Virus record (IMG/VR): IMGVR_UViG_3300025684_000012
Direction: 5' to 3' (one strand)
DNA length: 64,000 bases
DNA from: a virus
Below, one piece after another: positions 47,366 to 57,801 of this stretch. The first letter of the stretch is position 1. Each line of letters begins with the position of its first letter. A program made the translations under genes and the position numbers. The notes under the pieces are model-generated. The model searched no databases. It was not told the origin of the DNA and saw nothing but the letters and a program-made list of their open reading frames with translations.

Positions 47366-50300
47366 TTATACGTCAACGTATGTGGCTGAAGCAGTCACTA
47401 CCGCACCCGAAGATACAGCTGTGTACGTTAATTCTACAACCCCATTCACCACTCGAACATCAGTGTCACCAAGTACATCATTGCCTGTAAATATAATCGC
47501 GTATTCAGTGATAAACGCGTCAGTACCGTTATGTACAACTAAACATTCACGAGTTTCGAATTCACCGTTCAACTCAACCGATACGATGTATTTCGCGGAT
47601 CGGTATACGCTCATTGGGAATGATGAAACTGTAGTAGGTGAAGTCCCAACGATAGCGTCAGAACCTTGCTGGAACACTTTGACGTTTGAAGCTAGTGTTT
47701 CCAGTGTTACTGAGCCCGGATCAAGTACACCAACCGAAGTTGACGATGTTGCAACCAATACTGCTTGAGTACCGACTGGCATCGCTCCATTGAATGTAAT
47801 TGTACTGTTTTCCGTATCGATGAAGTAGTGTACTGATGGATCCTGAATAACACCACCAACGAATACCATAGCATTCTGTTCTGTAACTTCAAAGTTAACA
47901 GCAAACGTTGTTTGAGCACCGTCGCCACTAAATACTTGACGCTTAGAACGTGAGAATGATAGTAAGTCTGGTGATACTAACTCGAAGCCAGTTCCGTCTG
48001 TCTTAGCACGTAACACGAAGCCTTCTTTATCTGTGATCGCAGAATCAACTACGTCAGTCAACTCAAGAAGTGACTTAGCAGTATCTACAGAGATTACACC
48101 ACCAGTCTTAGATACTTTTCCTTCACCTGATACATCTGTGACTGAGATAGCATCTTGTGCACGAACATCTGTGAAGTACAGGTTTGTGCCAAGTGGATCT
48201 TCCGCAAGGTCGCTAGTATCGAACTGTGAGATATGCTGTGCAGCAAGACCCGCGTCCAATTGACCTTTGTTAACCGCATCTGCAGCATCTGTACCGTTAG
48301 CGACACCAGAAACTTTGTTTCCGCCCATCGCCAATTCGCCTGTCATGCTGTCGCCAGACTTGCTAACTTTACCGGCAAGAGCTGTATTAACAGAAGTGCT
48401 CAAGTTGTCGATATTAGTTTGCAGTGAAGCGTCGCCAGAAGCACGTGCAGTCAATTCTGCAGCAAGACCTGAAGCGTTAGTTGCAATATCAGTTTGGTTC
48501 TGAGATACTAGACCAGTAAGAGTACCGTCAGCAGCCTGGAAGGCAGCTACGATTTCTGTTAATGAATCCAGAGCAGCAGAATCCGTGTTGGCTTTAATAA
48601 AGTCGATCTGAACCTGCAACGCATCGTCAGCAGCTGAACGAGCAACCGCTTCAGCAACAATTGCGTCAGCATTACCTTGGATCAAGCCAGCTTGTGTAGC
48701 CTCGACGCCTGTTGCACGAGCAACTTCAGCAGCCAAAGAAGCATTCAATGCAGAATCGCCAGCAGCACGTGCCAATTCTTCAGCATCAATTTCAGATTGT
48801 AGACCAGACTCGATACCTTGAGCACGTGATACTTCAGCTGCAATTGCTGCGTCAAGTTTAGCGTCAGCATTTTTCAATGAAGTAGCTAGATCTAAGTAGT
48901 TAGATCCACTTGGAGCAACGTACGATCCATCAGTAGCAAGACCAGCACCCAACTGAGTAGCAGTCATTTCTGTTTCTAGAGCGGTAGCACGGTTAGACAA
49001 TGCAGCGTCAGCAGAAACACGAGCGCTTTCTTCGTTAGTGATTGCTGTTTGTAGTACTGTATCAGCGTTCTCACGAGCAACCGCTTCGTCAGCAACGATG
49101 TCGTCAGCGTATACTTTCGCACTCGCTTCAGCAGCGTTTGCTTTAGAAGTAGCATCTGCAGCAGCTTCTGACTTGACAACAGCATCCGCAGCAATATATG
49201 CGGCAGTGACTACATCATCAGCAGCAGCAAATTCAGAGCGGATAGCAGCTTCTTGGCCTTCGGCACGTGACGTCTCAGCTGTAATTGCTGAAGTGTTGCT
49301 AGAAATACTAGACTCGTTAGCAGTTACGCGAACTTCGATTGCGTCAACTTCGCCGTGTACTTCATTAACAGCACCGACAATGGTCTGAGCAGTTGTGTCG
49401 AATACACCAGTACCAACTTTTGACTCCAATGAATCAATGTCAGACTCAGCAGTAGTCAATCGGATATCAAGACCAGCGATGTCTGAATCGTGGCCGTCGG
49501 CACGTCCTTCAAGAGAAGTAGCACGACCTTCTACAGCATCCATTTCGGATTCTAATGTGGATACTTTACCAGCTTCTACATTTAGTTCACCGTGGATTTC
49601 GTTGATTGCAGCAGACAGATCAGTAGCAGTTGTTCCGAGAGTAGCAGAACCAACTTTAACTTGTAGAGCGTCAACGTTACCTTCTTCAACAGACATACGT
49701 CCTTCAAGAGAAGTAGCACGACCTTCTACGGCATCCATTTCTGATTCTAAAGTAGCGACCTTACCTTCAACGACAACCATTTCTGATTGTAGTGTATCAA
49801 CGTGGCCAGCTTCAACATCCAACTCACCGTGGATTTCGTTGATTGCGCCTGCAAGCGAAGTTGCAGTTGTATTTAATGTACCAGTACCAACTTTAGTCTC
49901 TAATGAGTCGATGTCAGCTTCGTTAACTGTCAGACGGCTGCCTTGAGCAGACTGTTCAGTTTCTAGAGAAGTAGCACGACCTTCTAGAGAAGTAGCACGA
50001 GTTTCTAGGTCAGTAGCGCGTAGTTCTACAGCGTCAATGTCCGCTTCGTTAACTGTCAGACGGCCAGAGTTAGCAGAGATGATTGCTTGGATGTCTGAGT
50101 CAGCATCTTCGAATGCAGAGACGATTTCTTGTAGTGTATCAAGAGTTTCTGGAGAAGTACCGATGATTGCATCAACGCGACCAGTTACCAAGTCAACGTC
50201 AGTACGCAAACCAGCTTCAACACCAGTAGCACGAGTTACTTCAGCAGAGATTGCCTGTGTATTAGCAAGTTCAGCTGCTTGTGCGCGAGCGATTTCAGAT

Positions 50301-52804
50301 GATAGATCAGAATCAAGACCTGCGATATCAGCAGCGTTTGCGTCAACATCAGTGCGTAATGCAGCATCGCCATCGATTCGTGATTGTACTTCACTTGCTA
50401 GGTTAGCAGTTAGGACACCTTCAGCAGCAGTGGCGCGTGTTACTTCGTCAGATAAATCTGATGCGATTTGACCTTCAGCAGCAGTGGCGCGTGTTACTTC
50501 AGCAGAGATTGCCGCAGCATTGTCGCCGATGTCTGAAGCGTTTTGATCAACGTCGGTGCGTAATGCAGCATCGCCGGCGATACGGGCAGCTTCTTCTGTA
50601 TCAATGTTACCCTGCAACACCACATCGGCAGCAGCACGTGTGCTGGCTTCTGTTGTGATAGCAGTAGCATTTGCAGCCTCGGCCGCTTTAGCGCGAGTTA
50701 CTTCGTTATTGATTGCAGTTGCGTTAGCAGCAGCTGATACTGTATTAGCATCAACATCTGTTCGCAAGCCAGCTTCAACACCAGTAGCACGAGTTACTTC
50801 GTTAGAGATTGCAGTTGCGTTAGCTGTGTCAGCTGCGATTCGAGCAGTTTCTTCAGCGTCGATTTGGTTTTGTAAATTAAGATCACCAGCAACACGAGAG
50901 TTGGTCTCGGTTACGATGTCAGCAGCTAATCCAGCATCACCAGCAAGACGAGCAGTTTGCTCTACTACGATGTCGGCAGCATTGGCTTCGATATCGGTCT
51001 CAGCTGTATCCATACGACCTTCAAGATTGGTCGCACGAAGTGATAATGCATCATCAGCAGCTAAACGAGTAGCGGCTTCAGCAGCAACTTGTTGATCTGT
51101 GTAAGTGTTTGCAGCTTGTTGGGCAGTCAGGATACGAGCGGAAACAGTGTTTCCAGCAGTACCGTTTACAGATGCGTCGCCAATAAGAGCAGTATCTTGT
51201 GCATCCGCATGGGCAATTGCATCAGCTTCTGCTTGATCAGCTTTAGCGGTTGCATCCGCAGCAGCGGCAGCCTGTACAACAACGTCACGTTCGATATAAT
51301 CGAGTTCGATTGCATCGATTTGATTTTGCAAGCTGGTGTCAGCAGCAGCACGAGTCCCAGCTTCTGTAGTAATCTTGCCATCCAATACTGTGTCAGCAGA
51401 AGCACGAGCGGATGCTTCGTTGCTAATAGCTACAGTGTTAGAGTTAACAAGTGCTTGGATTTCTCCATCAACTTTCTGGAATTCGGCAACGATTTCAGTT
51501 AACGAATCTAAAGCGGCAGAATCAGTGTTGGAGATAACGTTGTCCAACTTAGCTTCGATTCGTTGCTCTTCGCCAATAGCGCGAGCCGCTTCAGCTGAGA
51601 TATCGTTAGATAATAACGTATCTGCTGCAGCACGGGCACTTGCTTCTGTGGTGATGGCTGTAGCGTTAACACCTTCAGCAGCAGTCGCACGAGCAACTTC
51701 AGCAACGATTGCATCAGCGTTTGCTTGGATAGAAACGTCTTGATCGGAATCTTTAGCAATTCCAGCAGCCTCAATAACATCGGCGTATGCTTTAGCAGAA
51801 ACCAAAGTGGCAGCATCGCCAGCTTGGAAGGCTGCAGTCAAGTCCGTACGAACTGACGTATCTGCAGCTATGCGAGCACTGATTTCGTCTTGAAGGTTCG
51901 ATGCGTTAGCAGCTTCAGCGCCAGTAGCGCGTGTAATTTCATCAGCTAAGTCGCTTTGCAGTGCTGTAATCTCAGAACCAGTCTGTGAAATTTCAGCAGC
52001 AAGTCCAGCTTCTAGTGCGTCGATATCACCTTCAGCGGTCGTCAAGCGAGCGTCTAATGCATTATCACCAGCAATCCGTGCAGCCTGTTCAGCTGTCACA
52101 GCAGCAGTTAGCTGACCTTCGGCTGTTTGAGCACGTGAGGTTTCAGTTGCGATAGCAGTAGCATTAACACCTTCAGCAGCTGTTGCGCGAGCAACTTCAT
52201 TGCTGATTGCGTTAGAGTTAGCGATAACTGAGGCAGACAATATATCATCAGCATCTTGGAACGCTTCAACAATTTCTGCTAGTGAGTTAAGAGCGACTTC
52301 ATCTACGTTAGAGATGATGTTGTCGATGCGCACAGAAAGAGCGCTATCGGCAGCTTGGTATGCAGTTTCAATGCGAGATTCTTCGCCTTGAGCGCGCGAT
52401 ACTTCAGCGGTAATCGCCGTATCTTGTGAATTATCCTTTGCGATACGTGCAGCTTCTTCAGAGTCAATCGCTGCTTGTAGCAACGCCTCTGCGGCAACTG
52501 CGCGGTTAGTCTCAACTGTTACCGCGGCCGCGATATCAGAGGCAACTGCCGCTTGCGCACGCTCAGGTGTGAAGAACTGAGCATCGCCTTCCGCTAAGTC
52601 GTCGGTGTCGAACGATCCAAATAAATCAGCAGTACTGATTTTCTTTAGAGAGTCTGAACCTACGTCATATAATAGCGTAAAGCAATCTGCAGGATTAGCC
52701 ATTCCTGTAAGGGTACCCTGACCCTGTACAACGCTTTCATCAAGTTTTGTGCTGATGACTGCTTTGTTGGCTAGTGCAGGTGATTTAATCTGTCTAAATG
52801 ACAT
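47366..52804 (-). CDS. Very long coiled-coil fibre protein (1812 aa)
   Basis: Ala-rich EVxRAxAAE / ExxARxAAD repeats, LDSLxEIV nodes, beta-rich C-terminal domains. Confidence 0.8.
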   Translation of the reverse strand: MSFRQIKSPALANKAVISTKLDESVVQGQGTLTGMANPADCFTLLYDVGSDSLKKISTADLFGSFDTDDLAEGDAQFFTPERAQAAVASDIAAAVTVETNRAVAAEALLQAAIDSEEAARIAKDNSQDTAITAEVSRAQGEESRIETAYQAADSALSVRIDNIISNVDEVALNSLAEIVEAFQDADDILSASVIANSNAISNEVARATAAEGVNATAIATETSRAQTAEGQLTAAVTAEQAARIAGDNALDARLTTAEGDIDALEAGLAAEISQTGSEITALQSDLADEITRATGAEAANASNLQDEISARIAADTSVRTDLTAAFQAGDAATLVSAKAYADVIEAAGIAKDSDQDVSIQANADAIVAEVARATAAEGVNATAITTEASARAAADTLLSNDISAEAARAIGEEQRIEAKLDNVISNTDSAALDSLTEIVAEFQKVDGEIQALVNSNTVAISNEASARASADTVLDGKITTEAGTRAAADTSLQNQIDAIELDYIERDVVVQAAAAADATAKADQAEADAIAHADAQDTALIGDASVNGTAGNTVSARILTAQQAANTYTDQQVAAEAATRLAADDALSLRATNLEGRMDTAETDIEANAADIVVEQTARLAGDAGLAADIVTETNSRVAGDLNLQNQIDAEETARIAADTANATAISNEVTRATGVEAGLRTDVDANTVSAAANATAINNEVTRAKAAEAANATAITTEASTRAAADVVLQGNIDTEEAARIAGDAALRTDVDQNASDIGDNAAAISAEVTRATAAEGQIASDLSDEVTRATAAEGVLTANLASEVQSRIDGDAALRTDVDANAADIAGLDSDLSSEIARAQAAELANTQAISAEVTRATGVEAGLRTDVDLVTGRVDAIIGTSPETLDTLQEIVSAFEDADSDIQAIISANSGRLTVNEADIDAVELRATDLETRATSLEGRATSLETEQSAQGSRLTVNEADIDSLETKVGTGTLNTTATSLAGAINEIHGELDVEAGHVDTLQSEMVVVEGKVATLESEMDAVEGRATSLEGRMSVEEGNVDALQVKVGSATLGTTATDLSAAINEIHGELNVEAGKVSTLESEMDAVEGRATSLEGRADGHDSDIAGLDIRLTTAESDIDSLESKVGTGVFDTTAQTIVGAVNEVHGEVDAIEVRVTANESSISSNTSAITAETSRAEGQEAAIRSEFAAADDVVTAAYIAADAVVKSEAAADATSKANAAEASAKVYADDIVADEAVARENADTVLQTAITNEESARVSADAALSNRATALETEMTATQLGAGLATDGSYVAPSGSNYLDLATSLKNADAKLDAAIAAEVSRAQGIESGLQSEIDAEELARAAGDSALNASLAAEVARATGVEATQAGLIQGNADAIVAEAVARSAADDALQVQIDFIKANTDSAALDSLTEIVAAFQAADGTLTGLVSQNQTDIATNASGLAAELTARASGDASLQTNIDNLSTSVNTALAGKVSKSGDSMTGELAMGGNKVSGVANGTDAADAVNKGQLDAGLAAQHISQFDTSDLAEDPLGTNLYFTDVRAQDAISVTDVSGEGKVSKTGGVISVDTAKSLLELTDVVDSAITDKEGFVLRAKTDGTGFELVSPDLLSFSRSKRQVFSGDGAQTTFAVNFEVTEQNAMVFVGGVIQDPSVHYFIDTENSTITFNGAMPVGTQAVLVATSSTSVGVLDPGSVTLETLASNVKVFQQGSDAIVGTSPTTVSSFPMSVYRSAKYIVSVELNGEFETRECLVVHNGTDAFITEYAIIFTGNDVLGDTDVRVVNGVVELTYTAVSSGAVVTASATYVDV

Positions 52805-52855
52805 TTAATGTCTCCTAGGTTAGTTTTGTTGGTAATAAACGTTTATAATAATATA

Positions 52856-53215
52856 CTAACGAAATTTAATGTATATCTCCCAGCCAGAAGCTGGGATTTC
52901 AAAGAACTGAATAGTATTGCCTATGGTTTCATAAGTTTCTTGGGGAAGTTGTAATACGTCATTGACCCAGACATCGATGAGATCATCGCGAACCGGTGTC
53001 CCGTTTAATGAGAACGTAGCAGTATCCCCTGGTGCAATAATATATTGCGCTTCAGGAATCACAGTACGATCATTAGTCGATGATGAGGTACCTTCAATCA
53101 GATCGAAGATTTGCGTCTCAGTGCCATCCCCTTGCTCAATAGTTGTTTGTTTGGACTTAGCCAAATTAAACAAGCTCTCTGCAAGGACACGGTTGAAGGA
53201 TTTGTTATTGATCAT
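52856..53215 (-). CDS. Small virion-associated protein
   Basis: DVWVNDVLQ.P..Y beta module shared with fibre C-termini; late promoter upstream; start MINNKSF. Confidence 0.65.
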   Translation of the reverse strand: MINNKSFNRVLAESLFNLAKSKQTTIEQGDGTETQIFDLIEGTSSSTNDRTVIPEAQYIIAPGDTATFSLNGTPVRDDLIDVWVNDVLQLPQETYETIGNTIQFFEIPASGWEIYIKFR

Positions 53216-53253
53216 ATACAGCAACACTACCGAGGCTTAGTTATAGGTGTCTG

Positions 53254-53261
53254 TATTTATA
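53254..53261 (-). promoter_or_regulatory. T4-type late promoter
   Basis: TATAAATA. Confidence 0.8.
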
Positions 53262-53298
53262 TGTTTATTAGACCGCAGGAAGTGTCAATAGGTCCACT

Positions 53299-55581
53299 CT
53301 AGTTCAATAAATTACCGGTTTGGTCGTAAATATTTATCCTATAATAGGATCCGTGCTGACCATCAAGTAAATCTGCTTCAGTTGCGCTAGTAGCATTACC
53401 ATTGAACTGAGACGCTGTAACAGTATTGAACACAGCATCGTACGATTCATCGAAAATGAATTCACCGGTATCAGAGTTATATAGTAAGCCATTGTCTCCG
53501 GTTACCGAGCTACGAGCGCGCTCTGTGGTAAAGTATTTATTTAATACTCCCTCGGCTAACTGATCCGTGGTGGCAGTTTTATCGAGCTTTTGGTTGATCC
53601 AATTCTGAACAGTACCAATGAAATCTGAGTCGTCGCCCAAAGCTGCCGCCAACTCATTTAATGTGTCTAATACTTCAGGAGCACCATCAATTATGTTAGT
53701 GATAGCTATATTGATTGCTGAGTCGGTGTATGTGACGGCAGCAGCTAGAGTACTCGAGTCGCCATTATCAGCATATAGGTTTGCAGCAGCTAGAGTACTT
53801 GAGTCGCCGGCATCCGTATATAGATTAGCAGAATCCAATAGATTGTATACATCGAGCAGGCTGGAATCAATTGCAGTTGATAGGTTAGATACGGACGTGT
53901 CGGTGTATAGATTTGCAACAGCTACCGCTGAATCATACATCAGTTGTGTGAGCGAATCAACGTAATTAATTGTTGGTATATTATTCAAGTCTACAGAAAC
54001 GGTACCGCTAGCCTGGTTATACTGAATGCCAGCACCTTGATTTATAGTACTTCTGGCCTTCTCTGTAGTGAAGTATTCGTTTGTCCCCTCTGGAACATTT
54101 GTGGTGGTTATAACGTCTAGTGTTTCTAGCGCTTTCTGTACGGTGTCATCGTTCCCAGACAAAATGCCGCCAAACAATGAGGTGCTTAAAACAACTTCTG
54201 ATGCTTGGCTTATTACTTTGGGAATAACGTTTACAGGAACAGGGAATGTTGAGCGGATCGGTTGTGAGCCACCGAACTTAAAGTCGAAAGAAGTTTGATT
54301 TGAGGATTCGGATATCCCAAAATACTTCATCGCAACTCTATCGCCAGACCCAAACAATGTACTTTGAATCAGAGCGTCTGCGTAGAACTCCTCGAAAACA
54401 TCCCCATCGTCGCCGACCAGCTTGGTTAGCGAGGAAGTACCTAAAAGGGTTTCGTTGTTATCAGAATCTATTTTATATACTTCAAAGTAGAACCGAGCTA
54501 ATCCAGTTCCGTCTTCCGCGTGTCGTCTTATATCACCGATAGTATGGATATTGATGGTGCCTGTAGATCCTTGTAATACCCCCTTGTCAGAAACAACTGT
54601 TGCTATGAAGGTGGAATCAGAATCTATAAGTCCGGTATTTACAATCGCCTCGACATCATTATAATCAGAATCGTCCAGCGAGGTAACGAGTTTATTGGCT
54701 CCTGGTAAATCTGAGAGTGCTGTGGTAGGATAAAAAACAACCGACGATGACAGGGAGTTAATATCCAGCTTATTGAGCTGCAATTCGTCTAATGCGGCCT
54801 GAACATTGGTGGCCAACAATCCATTACTGTCAGCATTATAGGAAATAGCACCAGCCGTTAGATCTAAGCTCTCTACATAAGCACGTGTAACTGTTCCATC
54901 GATTAGGACCAACACGTCAGAATCGGTTACTAGCTCATTACCGTTAATAGTTAAATTGCCAGTAATGTTGATTCCGTTCTCACCCATTTCTAAGCGATCG
55001 GAATCCCGCCACTGCATCTTAAACGTGTTATCACCATACGCCATATGACGTAATACGGTATTGACTCCATTATGGTATAACTTAGTCTCCTCGTCTGTAC
55101 CGACTGTAAGTGAGAACCCGTCATCTAGTATCAGGTCTGCATCGATCGATGCACCATCGGAGTTGTAGGCAGCAATCTGAACAACCTGACCTTCATCGAT
55201 AGGGTATGCGAACGTTATCGATGTTCCGTCTGGAGCAGTATAATCTATACCTTGATGTAATAAAACACCATTGAGGTATACTTGAATTCTTCGAGGGGAA
55301 GCTAGATCGTATGAGAGGAAGTTGCCAAAGTCATCCGCACCATTTACGGCTTGTAATGTTCCGTCAGACGTGTAGATATACGTATTAAATGTACTGACGA
55401 GACCTGAGCGAGTATCAGCACCAACCTCGACGACTTGTTCAACGTCATCTATTCTTTTCTTTAGGTATAGTTTACCATCGGCTGTGTTGATTGCCAACTC
55501 GCCGAGGTTTAATTGTTCTACCGTCGGTATATTTCCAGGAACCGCGGATCTACGGAGCCTGATATCTATATTGCGCGCCAA
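53299..55581 (-). CDS. Tail fibre-like virion protein
   Basis: N-terminal IRLRRS..PG..P....L.LGELAINTADGKLY module, VYLNGVLL, GAPEVLDTLNELAAAL; TTG start. Confidence 0.8.
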   Translation of the reverse strand: MARNIDIRLRRSAVPGNIPTVEQLNLGELAINTADGKLYLKKRIDDVEQVVEVGADTRSGLVSTFNTYIYTSDGTLQAVNGADDFGNFLSYDLASPRRIQVYLNGVLLHQGIDYTAPDGTSITFAYPIDEGQVVQIAAYNSDGASIDADLILDDGFSLTVGTDEETKLYHNGVNTVLRHMAYGDNTFKMQWRDSDRLEMGENGINITGNLTINGNELVTDSDVLVLIDGTVTRAYVESLDLTAGAISYNADSNGLLATNVQAALDELQLNKLDINSLSSSVVFYPTTALSDLPGANKLVTSLDDSDYNDVEAIVNTGLIDSDSTFIATVVSDKGVLQGSTGTINIHTIGDIRRHAEDGTGLARFYFEVYKIDSDNNETLLGTSSLTKLVGDDGDVFEEFYADALIQSTLFGSGDRVAMKYFGISESSNQTSFDFKFGGSQPIRSTFPVPVNVIPKVISQASEVVLSTSLFGGILSGNDDTVQKALETLDVITTTNVPEGTNEYFTTEKARSTINQGAGIQYNQASGTVSVDLNNIPTINYVDSLTQLMYDSAVAVANLYTDTSVSNLSTAIDSSLLDVYNLLDSANLYTDAGDSSTLAAANLYADNGDSSTLAAAVTYTDSAINIAITNIIDGAPEVLDTLNELAAALGDDSDFIGTVQNWINQKLDKTATTDQLAEGVLNKYFTTERARSSVTGDNGLLYNSDTGEFIFDESYDAVFNTVTASQFNGNATSATEADLLDGQHGSYYRINIYDQTGNLLN

Positions 55582-55684
55582 GCTTGGCTACTCCCATTCA
55601 TTCATCCCTTATATAAAGGGCAAGTATACTATAATAAACTTCAATTCGTATATGACGATTTACTCAAAGTTTATCAATTATTAT

Positions 55685-57085
55685 TTAGTACGTACCACCA
55701 TCCAATTGGTATATCGTGGTTGCACCAGCGGCTGACACTAAAAACTGAGCCGAATCGAAAGACGCTATACCAGCACTTACGGTCGATGCATATTCAGCTG
55801 AGATAACTAATTCGTTATCAGAATCGAAATAAGCTAAGTCGATCCCTACACCAGCAGTTAGTAAATTTGCTACCTCAGAGTCGATTACCTGCTCAATCGC
55901 CGTTCCATTGATAGAGAACGGAGCAAGTATATTTAGACCCTTATTAATATCAATAACATCGTTAGCGGCATTGTATACTATAGACGCGTCAGCACCAGCG
56001 ATAAAGATACCAGCGCCATCAGCTTCTGCCGGTGTGGTTGCTTCATCCGCAAGAGTAAGTGTCAGGTCATTGACCGACATTACCGTGGAGTTGATTATCG
56101 TTTGAGTACCCTGAACAACTAGGTTACCGCGGACTACTAATGTACCACCGTCCGAATCTGTTGGAGCAGGATCAATGTATAAGGTATTTGAGCTATCGGT
56201 AGAATATAATGTGTTGCCAACAAGCCGTAAGTTACCAACCTCTAAACTGGTAAGGTTAGATACCTCAGCGTTTAATGCATAATTGATCGTATTCGTTAGC
56301 GAGTCGTATTCGACTAATAAATTGTCGGATGCATCAAATGTTACATCAGAGTCTAGTAACGATATTGAATCCCCATTGATTGTGAGTTGAGTAGCAACAT
56401 CAACTACACCAGCTTGAGTCAATCTACCATCTGAATCAACTGTGAATGTGGGGATTTGTGTCTGTGAACCATACGTGCCGCTAGTAACACCAGTAGGAAC
56501 GTAATTGACCGATATTGAATTAGTATCACTATCAACGGAGACTTGTAGTCCGTCCCCACCTAAGATCGATAGCGTTTCGGTTTTAAGGTAAACCGAAGCA
56601 GATCCTGTATCCCCAGCAATACGTAAATCTGGAGCAAGGTCAGTGATTCTACTATCAACGTAGAATTTTGTTGTGGCGTCAGCAGAATCAATCGGCTCGG
56701 CTAGATTGGTAATTCTCGATCCACTTAGAGATAAATCTCCACCCAGCGAGAGTGTTAAGTCACCAGCGGTAGTTAATTGAGAATTGAGAAACGTGACCCC
56801 ACCAGCCGATAAAGTGTCTACCTTACCATCTGAATCTAGGATCAGTGCTGTATTGGGAGTAGCTACACCAAACGGAGCGTCACCTTCACCACCCAACAGG
56901 CTGACGTAGTATGCACCACCGATTACCGTATGGTTGACGGCATCTCCGCCCGTCTCAACGCCAGTACCGATATATAACCGATCGCCACCATCGCCGTTAA
57001 AATATGAATAAGCTAATTCACCTTGAGCTAGGGTAGTGGGATTTCCCTGTACGCCAGATCGTTTGATTCTAATAATTGAGGCCAT
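55685..57085 (-). CDS. Virion structural/fibre protein
   Basis: IRIKRS...P..L..GELAY N-terminal module, GTYGS...IP.FTVD..GR, C-terminal LDGGTY. Confidence 0.8.
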   Translation of the reverse strand: MASIIRIKRSGVQGNPTTLAQGELAYSYFNGDGGDRLYIGTGVETGGDAVNHTVIGGAYYVSLLGGEGDAPFGVATPNTALILDSDGKVDTLSAGGVTFLNSQLTTAGDLTLSLGGDLSLSGSRITNLAEPIDSADATTKFYVDSRITDLAPDLRIAGDTGSASVYLKTETLSILGGDGLQVSVDSDTNSISVNYVPTGVTSGTYGSQTQIPTFTVDSDGRLTQAGVVDVATQLTINGDSISLLDSDVTFDASDNLLVEYDSLTNTINYALNAEVSNLTSLEVGNLRLVGNTLYSTDSSNTLYIDPAPTDSDGGTLVVRGNLVVQGTQTIINSTVMSVNDLTLTLADEATTPAEADGAGIFIAGADASIVYNAANDVIDINKGLNILAPFSINGTAIEQVIDSEVANLLTAGVGIDLAYFDSDNELVISAEYASTVSAGIASFDSAQFLVSAAGATTIYQLDGGTY

Positions 57086-57354
57086 CAGTATTGTCCACCG
57101 TTAATTTCTTGTTTGTCTAATAGTTTCTGTGCATGCCACGAGTTATCACTTTCATGATACACGAGAACATCTCCATCTAATGCGTCACTAGCCTGTACAT
57201 CATTCAACCCGCCTAATGTGCCATTATCAGCGGTGACGCGACGCACAGGCTTACCAACGGTTACTCTTTTGACCTTGGTTGCAGTACCAGTACCTACCCC
57301 CGACACATAATGTGTACTGTCAGGATTAGATGGGGATATTTTCCTTATAGGCAT
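57085..57354 (-). CDS. Small virion protein
   Basis: L..LNDV......DGDVLVY.....W, C-terminal INGGQY. Confidence 0.7.
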   Translation of the reverse strand: MPIRKISPSNPDSTHYVSGVGTGTATKVKRVTVGKPVRRVTADNGTLGGLNDVQASDALDGDVLVYHESDNSWHAQKLLDKQEINGGQY

Positions 57355-57358
57355 AATA

Positions 57359-57718
57359 CTACCTCGTTACAGACGGAGATACCTTTATCTTTCCCTCTAG
57401 GATACGTTCTACGATCGTGTAGCCATCACTATCTACATAGTTGAGCTCAACGTCATAGACGTATCTACCGCGGGTAGATAGTGTATCTGTTTGTTCGTTC
57501 GTGAGACTTAGTACTACGACACCATCTGTCGCAGGTTGTGCAACAATGGCCGTGAAGTCAATAGTTTTATCAGTATCGCTGTTATAAGACTTTTTCATCT
57601 TAGCTTGTACTGAATAACCAGTGAGGTTTTTGGTGGAACCGTCAAGTTCTACGAGCTCGAGTTGGAACGCAACATCGGATCCTTGAGCTATAGTGAAATC
57701 TTCGTAAGTGGTTGACAT
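57359..57718 (-). CDS. Virion structural protein (adaptor-like beta-sandwich)
   Basis: I.QGSD, NLTGYSV.A.MKKSY, GRYVYDVE, RILEG.I.VSP.VTR. Confidence 0.75.
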   Translation of the reverse strand: MSTTYEDFTIAQGSDVAFQLELVELDGSTKNLTGYSVQAKMKKSYNSDTDKTIDFTAIVAQPATDGVVVLSLTNEQTDTLSTRGRYVYDVELNYVDSDGYTIVERILEGKIKVSPSVTR

Positions 57719-57720
57719 TT

Positions 57721-57787
57721 ATTTTCCTAGTTCTAAGCCTACACAAAACAATTAATTATATTTATAAGGACTAGAAACTAGGAAAAT
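57721..57787 (-). promoter_or_regulatory. Late promoter (57759-57766) inside an RBS-sequestering hairpin
   Basis: TATAAATA flanked by a 12-bp perfect inverted repeat ATTTTCCTAGTT / AACTAGGAAAAT covering the Shine-Dalgarno. Confidence 0.75.
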
Positions 57788-57801
57788 GAAATTATAGGCA
57801 A

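Noticed and set aside
45525-52391. Long plus-strand ORFs (e.g. 45525-46247, 49395-49946, 50556-51095)
   Set aside because: Antisense shadows of Ala/Thr/Asp-rich fibre genes with biased codons; no supporting expression signals seen.
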